64,000 bases of DNA from Actinomycetota bacterium (GTDB taxonomy: Bacteria > Actinomycetota > Geothermincolia > Fen-727 > Anoxymicrobiaceae). Both the position numbers and the translations under genes were made by a program. The notes beneath the pieces were generated by a model. That model saw only the letters and a program-made list of their open reading frames with translations. It had not been told where the DNA came from and made no database searches. Shown here in pieces: positions 17,108 to 25,605 of the stretch. Position 1 is the first letter of the stretch, and each line of letters starts with the position of its first letter. Location: assembly GCA_043807425.1 (NCBI GenBank), contig JAZDFZ010000025.1, positions 1,827 to 65,826 on the forward strand, written 5' to 3'.

Positions 17108-17845
17108 CTAGAGTATCGCGGCCAGGGCCGCGTTTATAGCACCTGAAGCAGGGCAGTCGGGCAGATCGAGGAACGAGAGCTCCTCCTCGTCGAAGCGGCG
17201 TATCGTAGGGTCCTCGGGCACCCAGCCGACCACTTCCAGGTCCGTAGCGGCGCGCACCTGCTCGACCTGACCCTCGTCGGTGACACGGTTGACCAGCAGC
17301 CCGAAACGGGCGCCGGGAGCCATGGTGGCACCAACGGCGCTGATGGTCTCCGCCGTTCGGACGGCCTTCATCGAGGTATCAGCGACCAGGAGCACGTAGT
17401 CCACCGAGCCCAGGACCTTGCGGTTCACCTGCTCTATTCCCGCCTCCGCGTCCACAACTGTCTCGTCGAAGCGAACGGCGAGCCCCTTTATGGCGTCCTT
17501 GAGGATAACGTTCACCTTGCAGTAGCAGCCGGCGTCCTCGGGGCGCCCGATCGAGAGCAGCGCCAGGTTGCCGCGCTCGGTGAGGGCCTCGGCCAGGAGG
17601 TAGTCGATGGAGACGGCCAGGTCGCGCTCGTCCCGGGCCCCCTCCTTGACCTCGTGGATGAGCTCCTTGCGCACATCGTTGAGAGTCCTGCCTGGCTTCA
17701 TGCCCAGGGCCATGGCAAGCCCGCCGGCGGGGTCGGCATCGACTATGAGAGAACGGCGCGAGCCGTCACGCGCCAGCGCCCGTGCGGCCACGGCCGCGAT
17801 CGTGGTTTTGCCGACGCCTCCCTTGCCCGAAACCGCCAGTATCAT
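17108..17845 (-). CDS. CooC/AcsF-type P-loop ATPase (metal-centre maturation family)
   Basis: MILAVSGKGGVGKTT (deviant Walker A), DADPAGGL, and the CooC-type Cys-x-Cys motif GCYCKVN. ATG overlaps the upstream stop (ATGA). Confidence 0.8.
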   Translation of the reverse strand: MILAVSGKGGVGKTTIAAVAARALARDGSRRSLIVDADPAGGLAMALGMKPGRTLNDVRKELIHEVKEGARDERDLAVSIDYLLAEALTERGNLALLSIGRPEDAGCYCKVNVILKDAIKGLAVRFDETVVDAEAGIEQVNRKVLGSVDYVLLVADTSMKAVRTAETISAVGATMAPGARFGLLVNRVTDEGQVEQVRAATDLEVVGWVPEDPTIRRFDEEELSFLDLPDCPASGAINAALAAIL

Positions 17846-18594
17846 TCTTCACCCCCACCCCGACCCTCCCCCCTCGAGGGGGAGGGAGGAATCGTACCTG
17901 CGAGACGGTCGCGTATCTTCTTCAGGTCCATCACCGAGTCGCAGACCTCCTTGTACTCGCAGGTCTCGCAGTCGAAGTTGGCCTCCTGGTACATCTTCAT
18001 CATCGCCTCGATGACCCTCTGCGCTCCCCGGGCAGGCTCGGCGAGCCGCTCCACGTCATCACGTCCCGAGGTGACGAAGAGGACCTCGGCGCACGACACC
18101 GGCTCCACGGTCTTGAGCTCCTCGATCAGCGCGGCCCCGAGGTCCGCGAGCGAGAAACCCCCGTCACGCGCCTCGGTGCTGACCCTGCACCATACGGTCT
18201 GGCGGGACGGCAGGGTGCGCACGGAGAAACCGTCCAGGTGGGTATCGTACACCGCGTCCCTGATGTCGCGGAAGGAGTCGTACTCGTTGTCGAACTCGCC
18301 CCCCACCAGGACGACCTGCCCGAAAGGTATGCTGCCCCCGCCGGCCTCAGCGACGTCAGGCCCGACCAGGGATACGCGGCCTTCCGAGATCTCGGAGGGC
18401 TCGCCCCAGGCCAGGATGGACAGCGAGGCGCCGCTGGGGTTGCCCAGCTCGAGGCCGGTATCCTCCTGCAGGACCAGGCTGTACGCGCGCGGCCAGGGGA
18501 CCTCCCGGCGCCCCAGCGTGCGCAGCCGACCTTCCCCGCTCAACTCATCAACGAACCCTCGTATCTGCTTTATCTGCTCGTCGAATAGGCCCAT
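17842..18594 (-). CDS. truncated acetyl-CoA synthase (AcsB/CdhC) middle-domain-like protein
   Basis: 250 aa from ATG 18594. SEISEGRVSLVGPDVAEAGGGSIPFGQVVLVGG...SRQTVWCRVSTEARDGGFSL...VLFVTSG...ANFDCETCEYKEVC parallels, from memory, AcsB SEITDGKIEVIGPDIDQIPEGSKLPLGILVDIYG...NINWLRVSKDAVAKGF...VTIFTD...TFYSCVLCQSFAPNHVC. Ends before the Ni-binding Cys-Gly-Cys region. Confidence 0.55.
   Translation of the reverse strand: MGLFDEQIKQIRGFVDELSGEGRLRTLGRREVPWPRAYSLVLQEDTGLELGNPSGASLSILAWGEPSEISEGRVSLVGPDVAEAGGGSIPFGQVVLVGGEFDNEYDSFRDIRDAVYDTHLDGFSVRTLPSRQTVWCRVSTEARDGGFSLADLGAALIEELKTVEPVSCAEVLFVTSGRDDVERLAEPARGAQRVIEAMMKMYQEANFDCETCEYKEVCDSVMDLKKIRDRLAGTIPPSPSRGEGRGGGEE
17850..17893 (-). repeat. 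family-1 hairpin repeat, copy 2
   Basis: CACCCCCACCCCGACCCTCCCCCCTCGAGGGGGAGGGAGGAATCG. Encodes the tail PPSPSRGEGRGGGEE of the upstream gene, and its G-rich end supplies the SD for ATG 17845. Confidence 0.9.
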
Positions 18595-18601
18595 GCAACG
18601 G

Positions 18602-19372
18602 TTAGTCCATTCCCGCGAGGAGGGCGGCGCCGAGCGCCGCGGCCAGCCTCGGGTCGTGGGGGAACTCGTAGCAGGTGCCACCCATCTTGCCCTTGATGCG
18701 GTCGTTCACCGCCGCGATGCTCGCCACGCCCCCGGTCAGGGTGTACCTGTCCCCGTCGGAGAAACGTCGCGCCTGCGCGGCCACTATGCTCGAGACAGCG
18801 TCGCACAGCCCGGCCACTATGTCGGCGGGCTGCTCGCCCGCGTTCACGTGCGTTATGACCTCGCTCTCGGCGAACACCCCGCACTGGCTGCTGATGGGCA
18901 CCGGGCTCTGCGCCCCCGACGCCGCCTCGTCGATACGGTCCAGCTCGATGCCGACAGCGTTGCTCATGACCTCGAGGAACCGCCCTGAGCCCGAGGCGCA
19001 CTTGTCGTTGCGCATGAAGTTGATCACGTCGCCGTCCTCGTCGATGAGGATGGAGGTGATGCTCTGCCCGCCGCAGTCCACCACCATGTTTATCTCCGGC
19101 AGGTAGTAGGCCCCGGCCGCCGCCACGCAGGTCACCACGTCCTCCAGGAAGGTCATGCCGCTCAGGAGCTCGGACCCACTCCCGGTCCCCGCGGTCCGCT
19201 CGATCTGCTCGCGTGACACGCCCGCGTCCGCCAGTGTCGTCTCCACCAGGGCGCCGATCTCTTCTGCCACATTCCCGGTGGTCTCCATGATGCCGCTCGC
19301 CAGCACCACGTCGTCGTCCAGGACCACCACCTTGGAGAGCAGGTTGCCCACGTCTACACCCATAGTCTTCAC
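18602..19372 (-). CDS. BadF/BadG/BcrA/BcrD-type activase ATPase (subunit 2)
   Basis: 256 aa. MGVDVGNLLSKVVV, VVDCGGQSITSILID, RNDKCASGSGRFLEVM. The GTG start overlaps the upstream stop (GTGA). Confidence 0.85.
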   Translation of the reverse strand: MKTMGVDVGNLLSKVVVLDDDVVLASGIMETTGNVAEEIGALVETTLADAGVSREQIERTAGTGSGSELLSGMTFLEDVVTCVAAAGAYYLPEINMVVDCGGQSITSILIDEDGDVINFMRNDKCASGSGRFLEVMSNAVGIELDRIDEAASGAQSPVPISSQCGVFAESEVITHVNAGEQPADIVAGLCDAVSSIVAAQARRFSDGDRYTLTGGVASIAAVNDRIKGKMGGTCYEFPHDPRLAAALGAALLAGMD

Positions 19373-20202
19373 GAGGCATCACCCGTCCTGCGGGCCAGCA
19401 CAGCGGCCCCGTAGGCGCCGATCAGTTGCGGGTCGATGTGGGGCGCGATCATCCTCACGTTCAGCATCTTCTCCAGCTCGGACCTCACCGCCACGTTCTT
19501 GGCGACCCCGCCGGTCATCATGACATCTTTCTCCATCCCCACGCGGCGTACCAGCGCCATGACCCGGTCGGCCATGGACTTGGTGATGCCGCTCGCCAGG
19601 TCCGCCCGGTTGACGCCCTTCTGGATGTAGTGCAGGACCTCGGTCTCCGCGAAGATGCTGCACCGCGACGACAGCTCGATTCGGCTGTGGGCCTCTATTG
19701 CCAGCGGTCCAAGGTCCTCGAAGGAGATGCCCAGCGTCCTGCTCATGACCTCCAGAAAGCGCCCCGTCCCCGCCGCGCACTTGTCGTTCATCACGAAGTT
19801 GACCAGGTCGCCGTTCTCGTCCACCCTTATCACCTTGGCGTCCTGGCCCCCGATGTCGATGATGGTCCTCACCTGCGGCGCCAGGGAGAACGCCCCCACC
19901 CCGTGGCAGGAGATCTCGCTCATGTTCTGCTGGGCCAGGCCCTCGGCCTCCACCCGGTCGCGCCCGTAACCGGTGCTCACACAGTAGGTGATGTCGCCCC
20001 AGCCGAGCTTCCTCTCGTCGAGCAGCTCACCCATCACGGTCCGGGCCGAGTCCAGCGGGTTCGACTTCACCCGGATGCTGCGGGCGTCGAACTTCACCCC
20101 GATCGCCTTGAGCATCGGCGTGTGCCCGTCCTCGATGAGCACCGCCTGCGCGGTCAGCGAGCCGACGTCTATCCCCGCAAAACGCCTCGTGTCACTCATC
20201 AT
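19369..20202 (-). CDS. BadF/BadG/BcrA/BcrD-type activase ATPase (subunit 1)
   Basis: 277 aa. AGIDVGSLTAQAVLI, ISCHGVGA, IIDIGGQDAKVIRV, MNDKCAAGTGRFLEVM. Confidence 0.85.
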   Translation of the reverse strand: MMSDTRRFAGIDVGSLTAQAVLIEDGHTPMLKAIGVKFDARSIRVKSNPLDSARTVMGELLDERKLGWGDITYCVSTGYGRDRVEAEGLAQQNMSEISCHGVGAFSLAPQVRTIIDIGGQDAKVIRVDENGDLVNFVMNDKCAAGTGRFLEVMSRTLGISFEDLGPLAIEAHSRIELSSRCSIFAETEVLHYIQKGVNRADLASGITKSMADRVMALVRRVGMEKDVMMTGGVAKNVAVRSELEKMLNVRMIAPHIDPQLIGAYGAAVLARRTGDAS

Positions 20203-21622
20203 CCGCTCCTCGCCGCGCCCCGCGGCCCTTCACCCTTCTCCTCTTGATAACCACGTTCTTCATGAACTCGTCAATGTCGCCCTGCAACCGGGACATGGGG
20301 GTCATGCCCGACAGCCAGGCGTCGCCCTGCAGGCACAACGTGGGCGCCCCTATGCGGTCCATGAGCTCCTTCTGGACTATGGAGATTACGCTCCAGGTCT
20401 GCTTGCAGGCGTGGTGCCCGCAGTAGATCCCGCAGTTGGCGTTCATCTCGCGGCACATGTGCACCGCGTCGTCTATCCAGGCCACGGACATGGAGTCGGC
20501 CCCCATCTGCCTGGTCATCGGGAACCGCCGCGCCGCCTCGCAGATGCCGTCCAGCATCGTCTCCCTGCTGTCGGTCGGTATGGGGTCCGGGAAGAAGAGA
20601 TCCAGCACGTCGAACAGGTAGGAGTAACCCTGCTCCTCCATCCAGTTGAAGAGCCCGTTGTAATCTATGTAGTAGCCGACGTACAGCCATCCCACGCGCG
20701 CCAGCTCTCTTGGAGCGGGGTACTCCCCCGCCTCGAGCCTGCGCCGGGACTCCTCGACCATCACCTCCATACAGCGGACCGCCTCCGGCCTTCCCCACAT
20801 GGTGAAGCGGCACCCGTAGACGAAAAAGCTGAAAAGGTTGGGCACCGGACAGGGCACGTTCTTCTTCAGCTCCCATAGCTGGTAGTGAAGCTCGGCCGCG
20901 CGGTTGCAGTTCTCCACCACGTCCCGGAGGCGCTCCTCGCTTATTTCCTCGCCGATGTACTCCTCGAGGTTGCTCACCAGCCGGTAGAAGTTCTTACGGA
21001 ACTGCTCGCGGCCGCGCTCGGTGTCGTCGACCGGCTTCTCCAGGATGAACTGGGGTATCCCCAGGTAGTGCGCGACGAACTCGTGGATCTTGGAGTTGGC
21101 GTCGCAGGCCCCCGCCGTCGAGCTCACTATCGCGTCCGCCTCGAAGTCCTGGCCGGTGAGCATGCTCCCCAGCTCGATGGTGCTGCTGCTGCAGAGGTGG
21201 TCGGGTATTCCGAGGCCCATGGCGTAGTCCCAGTAGCGATGGCCCTTGCCCTCGATGGCGCCGGCGCCGAGCGAGGTCAGAACCTCGCTGGTGAGCGGGA
21301 CCGCGTTCTCGAAGGCGTGTATCAGCTCGGGCACGAAGTTGAACGGCACCAGGATGACCTTCCTGCCGGTCTCCCTGGCCTCCCTGGCCTCGGCCATCCA
21401 CTCACCTATCATCTTCAGGTAGGCGATGCTGGCGCGGCGGACCCTCGGGTTGAGGAACCCCTCCAGGGTCTCGGCCACGTCGGGCGGCATCAGGGCGATG
21501 ACGCCCTCGCTCTCCTCGTCGGAGAGGTCGTCCGGGATACTCCGCACCATGTCGAGCATCGCGATGACCCGCTCGAAGAGGCCCTCCCGTGACGTCCTGG
21601 GTGCGCCTGCCAGTATCGTCAT
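20192..21622 (-). CDS. benzoyl-CoA reductase / 2-hydroxyacyl-CoA dehydratase family large subunit (copy B)
   Basis: 476 aa, roughly half identical by eye to the 521-aa neighbour. Shared blocks: GIPQFILEKPVDD, NLFS, LFNWMEEQGYSYL, CKQTWSV. Confidence 0.8.
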   Translation of the reverse strand: MTILAGAPRTSREGLFERVIAMLDMVRSIPDDLSDEESEGVIALMPPDVAETLEGFLNPRVRRASIAYLKMIGEWMAEAREARETGRKVILVPFNFVPELIHAFENAVPLTSEVLTSLGAGAIEGKGHRYWDYAMGLGIPDHLCSSSTIELGSMLTGQDFEADAIVSSTAGACDANSKIHEFVAHYLGIPQFILEKPVDDTERGREQFRKNFYRLVSNLEEYIGEEISEERLRDVVENCNRAAELHYQLWELKKNVPCPVPNLFSFFVYGCRFTMWGRPEAVRCMEVMVEESRRRLEAGEYPAPRELARVGWLYVGYYIDYNGLFNWMEEQGYSYLFDVLDLFFPDPIPTDSRETMLDGICEAARRFPMTRQMGADSMSVAWIDDAVHMCREMNANCGIYCGHHACKQTWSVISIVQKELMDRIGAPTLCLQGDAWLSGMTPMSRLQGDIDEFMKNVVIKRRRVKGRGARRGADDE

Positions 21623-23184
21623 AGCATTGCCCCCTCACCCCGACCCTCTCCCCCCAGGGGAGAGGGGGAATCTGGGCGACCCTCTCCCCCGAGGGGAGAG
21701 GGGGAATCGGAGGTCTTTTCCTCCAGCCGCCTGCGGATCTTTCTCTTGCCGGTCCGCTTCTCGGAGACGACGTTCTTGATGAACTCGTCTATCTGCTCCT
21801 GGATGACACCGATGGGGGTGGTGCGCTTCAGCCACGAGTCCCCCTGCAGGACCAGCATCGGCACGCCCGCCCGCTTCATCAGCTCCTCGCGCATTATGGA
21901 GGCCACGCTCCAGGTCTGCTTGCAGGAGTGGTGCCCGGAGTAGATGGCTACGTTCGCTCCCAGGTCCTTCGCGGAGTACAGCGCGTCCTCCAGCCAGCAC
22001 ATGGACATCGATTCGCCCCCGACCTGGTGGGTCATGGGCATGTTCCAGGCTTCCTCGGCCAGCCCACTCACCATGCTGTCGTAGCTGCTGGTGTCGATGG
22101 TGATGGGGAACAGCAGGTCGAGGCCGTCCCCCAGGTAGGAGTATCCCTGCTCCTCCATCCAGTTGAAGAGCGCCGCCAGGTCGAAGTAGTAGGAGGTATA
22201 GGTCAGCAGGCAGCGGGCGATCTCGCGGTCCGCAGGGTACGCGCCCTCCTTCAGGCGCCTCTTGGAGACGTCCACATAGGCCCTGATGGCGTCGATAGCG
22301 GCGTCCGTCCCCCACATCGAGAAACGCGTCCCGTAGGTGTACAGGCTGAACAGGTTGGGGACCGGGTCGGGCACGTTCTTGTGGAGGTCCCACAGCTCCG
22401 CCAGCAGCTCGTTGCAGACGTTCACTTTCTCGCAGGTGCGCCGCAACTTCTCCTCGGTGAGCTCCTCGTCCAGGAACTCCTCCATCCTGTGGATGAGGCC
22501 CAGGTAGTTCCTCCGGTACTGCTCTTTTCCTCGCTCAGAGTCGTCGACCGGCTTCTCCAGGATGAACTGTGGGATGCCGTGATACAGCGAGATGAGCTCG
22601 TGGGTCTTGGCGTTTATGTCGCAGGAACCGGTCGCGGCGTTGATTATCGCCTGCGGCTGGAAGTCGTCGCTGCCCAGCATCGAGCCGATCTCGATGGCGT
22701 TCGACGAGCAGATGTGGTCCGGCAGGCCGATCCCCAGCGCCATGTCGTAGTAGCGCTCGCCCTGCCCTTCCAGGGCGACGACCGCCAGCGAAGAGAGGAC
22801 CTCGCTTGTTATGGGGAACCCCTTGTCGAAGGCGTGGACCAGTTCGGGCGGAAAGCAGAACGGCACCAGGAACGTCTTCCGGCCCTCGTCAGGCGAGCGC
22901 TTCGCCTCGTCCAGCCAGGTGGAAAGGCACTTCATAAAGGCGAGGCTCCCCTCGCGGGCCCGGGGTATGAGCATCGCGGTCAGGGACTTGCGAGAGTCGC
23001 CCGGGAGCACGCCCATCAGACCCTCGACCTCCTCGTCGCTCATCTCGTCCGGGAGCATGTCGATGACCCGGAACAGGCTCGAGACCCTGTCGAAGAGCCC
23101 TTCCTTGGCGTCACCGGGAAGGCCCGGGGCCGCCCGGCCCTCGGGCTTGAGTATCTCGGTGAGAGTCGCGACGGAGCCGCTCAT
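21619..23184 (-). CDS. benzoyl-CoA reductase / 2-hydroxyacyl-CoA dehydratase family large subunit (copy A) with a repeat-encoded tail
   Basis: ATG 23184 overlaps the upstream stop (ATGA). MSGSVATLTEILKPEG... 521 aa, with the last ~30 aa encoded by the tandem repeat. Its stop overlaps the next ATG (ATGA). Confidence 0.8.
   Translation of the reverse strand: MSGSVATLTEILKPEGRAAPGLPGDAKEGLFDRVSSLFRVIDMLPDEMSDEEVEGLMGVLPGDSRKSLTAMLIPRAREGSLAFMKCLSTWLDEAKRSPDEGRKTFLVPFCFPPELVHAFDKGFPITSEVLSSLAVVALEGQGERYYDMALGIGLPDHICSSNAIEIGSMLGSDDFQPQAIINAATGSCDINAKTHELISLYHGIPQFILEKPVDDSERGKEQYRRNYLGLIHRMEEFLDEELTEEKLRRTCEKVNVCNELLAELWDLHKNVPDPVPNLFSLYTYGTRFSMWGTDAAIDAIRAYVDVSKRRLKEGAYPADREIARCLLTYTSYYFDLAALFNWMEEQGYSYLGDGLDLLFPITIDTSSYDSMVSGLAEEAWNMPMTHQVGGESMSMCWLEDALYSAKDLGANVAIYSGHHSCKQTWSVASIMREELMKRAGVPMLVLQGDSWLKRTTPIGVIQEQIDEFIKNVVSEKRTGKRKIRRRLEEKTSDSPSPLGGEGRPDSPSPLGGEGRGEGAML
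21630..21708 (-). repeat. family-1 hairpin repeat, tandem copies 3a and 3b
   Basis: CCCCTCACCCCGACCCTCTCCCCCCAGGGGAGAGGGGGAATC, then GCGACCCTCTCCCCCGAGGGGAGAGGGGGAATCGG. Translated as SDSPSPLGGEGRPDSPSPLGGEGRGEGAML. Confidence 0.9.
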
Positions 23185-24320
23185 GACCTGTCTCCTATCC
23201 TCTCGAGGAACGCCTGGACCCTGGTCCGGATGCGCCCGATGTCCGCCTTCGAGCCGTACTCCTTCTCGAGCTGGAGGACCGGGATGCCCTCCTTCTCGAG
23301 CGAAAGGCGGAGCTGGACGTTGTCCACCCCGTGGACGTCGCAAAACTTGTTGTGCATGACCATCACGCCGTCGGCGCCGGCGCGCTTCACCTCGTCGATG
23401 ACGAAGTCCCGTCTCCTGGGGAAGTCCTCGTACATGCGCGGGCAGAGCATCTCCTTGAGGTAGAGCTCGGCCAGCGCCTCGATGGGCTCCAGGTCAGTCC
23501 GTATTGGCTTCCAGAACGCGCGGGCCCCGTAGCACAGCGAGTCGGTGACCACCAGGCCGCCCACGTCCTCTATCTCACCGATGAGCTCCAGCTCGTCGGT
23601 GGCGGCGCCGCACAGCATGAGGCGGGCCCGGTAGCCGGTGACCCCGGTGCCCGAGCGCTCCTCTATCACGCGGTCGATCAGAGCGAGGTAATCGTCCGCG
23701 GGCATCGCGGAGGCCAGCAGGAACAGCGAGAGCGCCTCGGTCCCCGTGAACGACGGGGCGTCGCCCTCCCTCATGGCGTACACCTCGCGCAGCTTCGATC
23801 GGACGGCCTCCTGCCGCTCGATGGCCTTCTTAAGCTTCGGCTTGGTGACCTTGGTCCCGAAGCCGGCCTCCAGGGCCCTGGCGAAGAGCCTGAGCTCCTC
23901 CGTGTAGTACTCCATCGCCTCGGGCGTGGTCTGGTGCGGCACCTTCACGTAGTGGAAGAACGCCACCGGCTTGACGTACTGCCAGTTCTCGAACATCCCC
24001 CGCAGGTGGTCGCAGCCGTTGGTCTCGATCAGCCCGTCCAGGAAGTCGAAGGTCCCGTCCAGGCCCAGCTGCAGGCACGAGCGGCAGAAGCTGCAGTTGA
24101 AGCGCGCCAGGTGGGCGTCGGCTATCTCGGTGTTGGGGTTGCCCAGGGCCCGGATGCGGTATGGCAGCAGGCCCGCCGCGTCGATTATCTCCGGAGGGGT
24201 CGTCACGCAGCTGTATCCGACGACCTTGCCGCCGCCTTCCTTCCACCGCTTCACGTACTCGTTCTCGACCGCCTCCGATATCCTGACGGCCTCTTCCAGC
24301 GCGCTGGTGGTAACAGTCAT
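23181..24320 (-). CDS. benzoyl-CoA reductase / 2-hydroxyacyl-CoA dehydratase family small subunit (BzdN/BcrC/HgdB-like)
   Basis: 379 aa. VVGYSCVTTPPEIIDAAGLLPYRI, FCRSCLQ, NGCDHLR, LMLCGAA, HNKFCDVHG. Confidence 0.8.
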   Translation of the reverse strand: MTVTTSALEEAVRISEAVENEYVKRWKEGGGKVVGYSCVTTPPEIIDAAGLLPYRIRALGNPNTEIADAHLARFNCSFCRSCLQLGLDGTFDFLDGLIETNGCDHLRGMFENWQYVKPVAFFHYVKVPHQTTPEAMEYYTEELRLFARALEAGFGTKVTKPKLKKAIERQEAVRSKLREVYAMREGDAPSFTGTEALSLFLLASAMPADDYLALIDRVIEERSGTGVTGYRARLMLCGAATDELELIGEIEDVGGLVVTDSLCYGARAFWKPIRTDLEPIEALAELYLKEMLCPRMYEDFPRRRDFVIDEVKRAGADGVMVMHNKFCDVHGVDNVQLRLSLEKEGIPVLQLEKEYGSKADIGRIRTRVQAFLERIGDRS

Positions 24321-24321
24321 G

Positions 24322-25599
24322 TCAAGCTCCTCCAGTGATCTTTCTACCCACGAATGCGACGAACGCCTTTATCGTCTTCCAGAGGTTGCGCGCGAAGATG
24401 CGCGTCATCGCCTGGACCATCCCGGTGCTGGCGAACGCCGCCTCTATCAACCCGTCGGAGACGTTCCGGACCGCGATCTCCATCTGCCCCGAGTCTATCG
24501 AGGATACGAGGCGGCCGAGGTAGTCACCCACCGCGCCGGGGCGGCCCGCGGCCGACGCGTTGAACGCGGCCAGCGACTCGTTTATGCGGCGCGCCACCTG
24601 CTCGGGCTCACACGCCCGGCGGATACCCGGGTGCGCGAGGGCGGCGGCCTTCCAGTCGGCGCCGACCTCCCTGAGGAGCGTCTCCGCGCTCTCGGTGTCA
24701 ACGGCGGCCAGCCCCTTGACGTAGACCTCGCGGTTGAGGCCGGGGTTGGCGGCCCTGAACTTCAGGTCCCAGGTGACATACAGGTCGATCATGCGGCCTA
24801 TCTCCCCTGCCAGCTCGTGCCTGGCGACCTCACCCAGCTTACCCAGCCTTCCCTCGTCCAGCATGGTGAAGTCGGAGAGCATATTGCTCATGGTGCGGGC
24901 GAAGATGTTCATCATCTCGACGCTGCCCCGTGTGAGCTGCACCAGGACCTCGTCGTCCCGTATTGCCAGCTCGGTCAGGACGCCCGCTATGACCTCCAGG
25001 TCCTCGGCCAGGGCGATGGAGGCGTCAGTAGTCGCCTTCACGTCCAGGTTTTCCATCACCCTGTTCATGAAGTCGTTGAACACGGCGCGCGACTTCGGCT
25101 CGTCGCGGCCCAGTATCAGGTTGCCGGCGTGGAGGTCGTTGATCTGCCCGGCGGTCATGGTCAGTATCTTCCCGATCGATTCGGCGTCCAGAGCGCTGAT
25201 GGTATTGAAGAGCGCGGAGGCCAGTATCTCCGGCGGCAGCGCCATCTGGTCGAGCGCGTCGGCCAGTACCGCCAGCAGGCCGTTGACCAGGGGCGGGATG
25301 GTTCCGAGGAGGTTGGCCATGATGACCGGGTTGGTCAGCGCTATCCCCGAGGCGTGCTTGAGCAGCTCCGCCCAGGCCCCGATGAGCTCGCTTGCCGCGA
25401 CACGGACCTTGCCGAAGTCGATGTCCGTCAGGGCGTCGTCCAGCGCCGGGAACATCTGCTTCGCGACGTCGGGGTTCTCCTTGAACGACTCCATGACCGC
25501 CAGCGAGTAGCTGTTGACGGCCTCGGCAAGCGCCTTGCCGTCAAGGCCGGCGGCCCAGGGCTCGAGCATCGGTCGCTTTTCTTCTCCACTTGCCGCCAA
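24322..25599 (-). CDS. all-helical protein of unknown family (long paralog, 425 aa)
   Basis: TTG 25599 with AAGGGGTGAT SD inside the end of the upstream gene. No Cys/His motifs and no clear TM helix. Shares a ~45-aa module with the two upstream genes: PPLVNGLLAVLADALDQMALPPEILASALFNTISALDAESIG. Confidence 0.7.
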   Translation of the reverse strand: MAASGEEKRPMLEPWAAGLDGKALAEAVNSYSLAVMESFKENPDVAKQMFPALDDALTDIDFGKVRVAASELIGAWAELLKHASGIALTNPVIMANLLGTIPPLVNGLLAVLADALDQMALPPEILASALFNTISALDAESIGKILTMTAGQINDLHAGNLILGRDEPKSRAVFNDFMNRVMENLDVKATTDASIALAEDLEVIAGVLTELAIRDDEVLVQLTRGSVEMMNIFARTMSNMLSDFTMLDEGRLGKLGEVARHELAGEIGRMIDLYVTWDLKFRAANPGLNREVYVKGLAAVDTESAETLLREVGADWKAAALAHPGIRRACEPEQVARRINESLAAFNASAAGRPGAVGDYLGRLVSSIDSGQMEIAVRNVSDGLIEAAFASTGMVQAMTRIFARNLWKTIKAFVAFVGRKITGGA

Positions 25600-25605
25600 C
25601 TGGCA

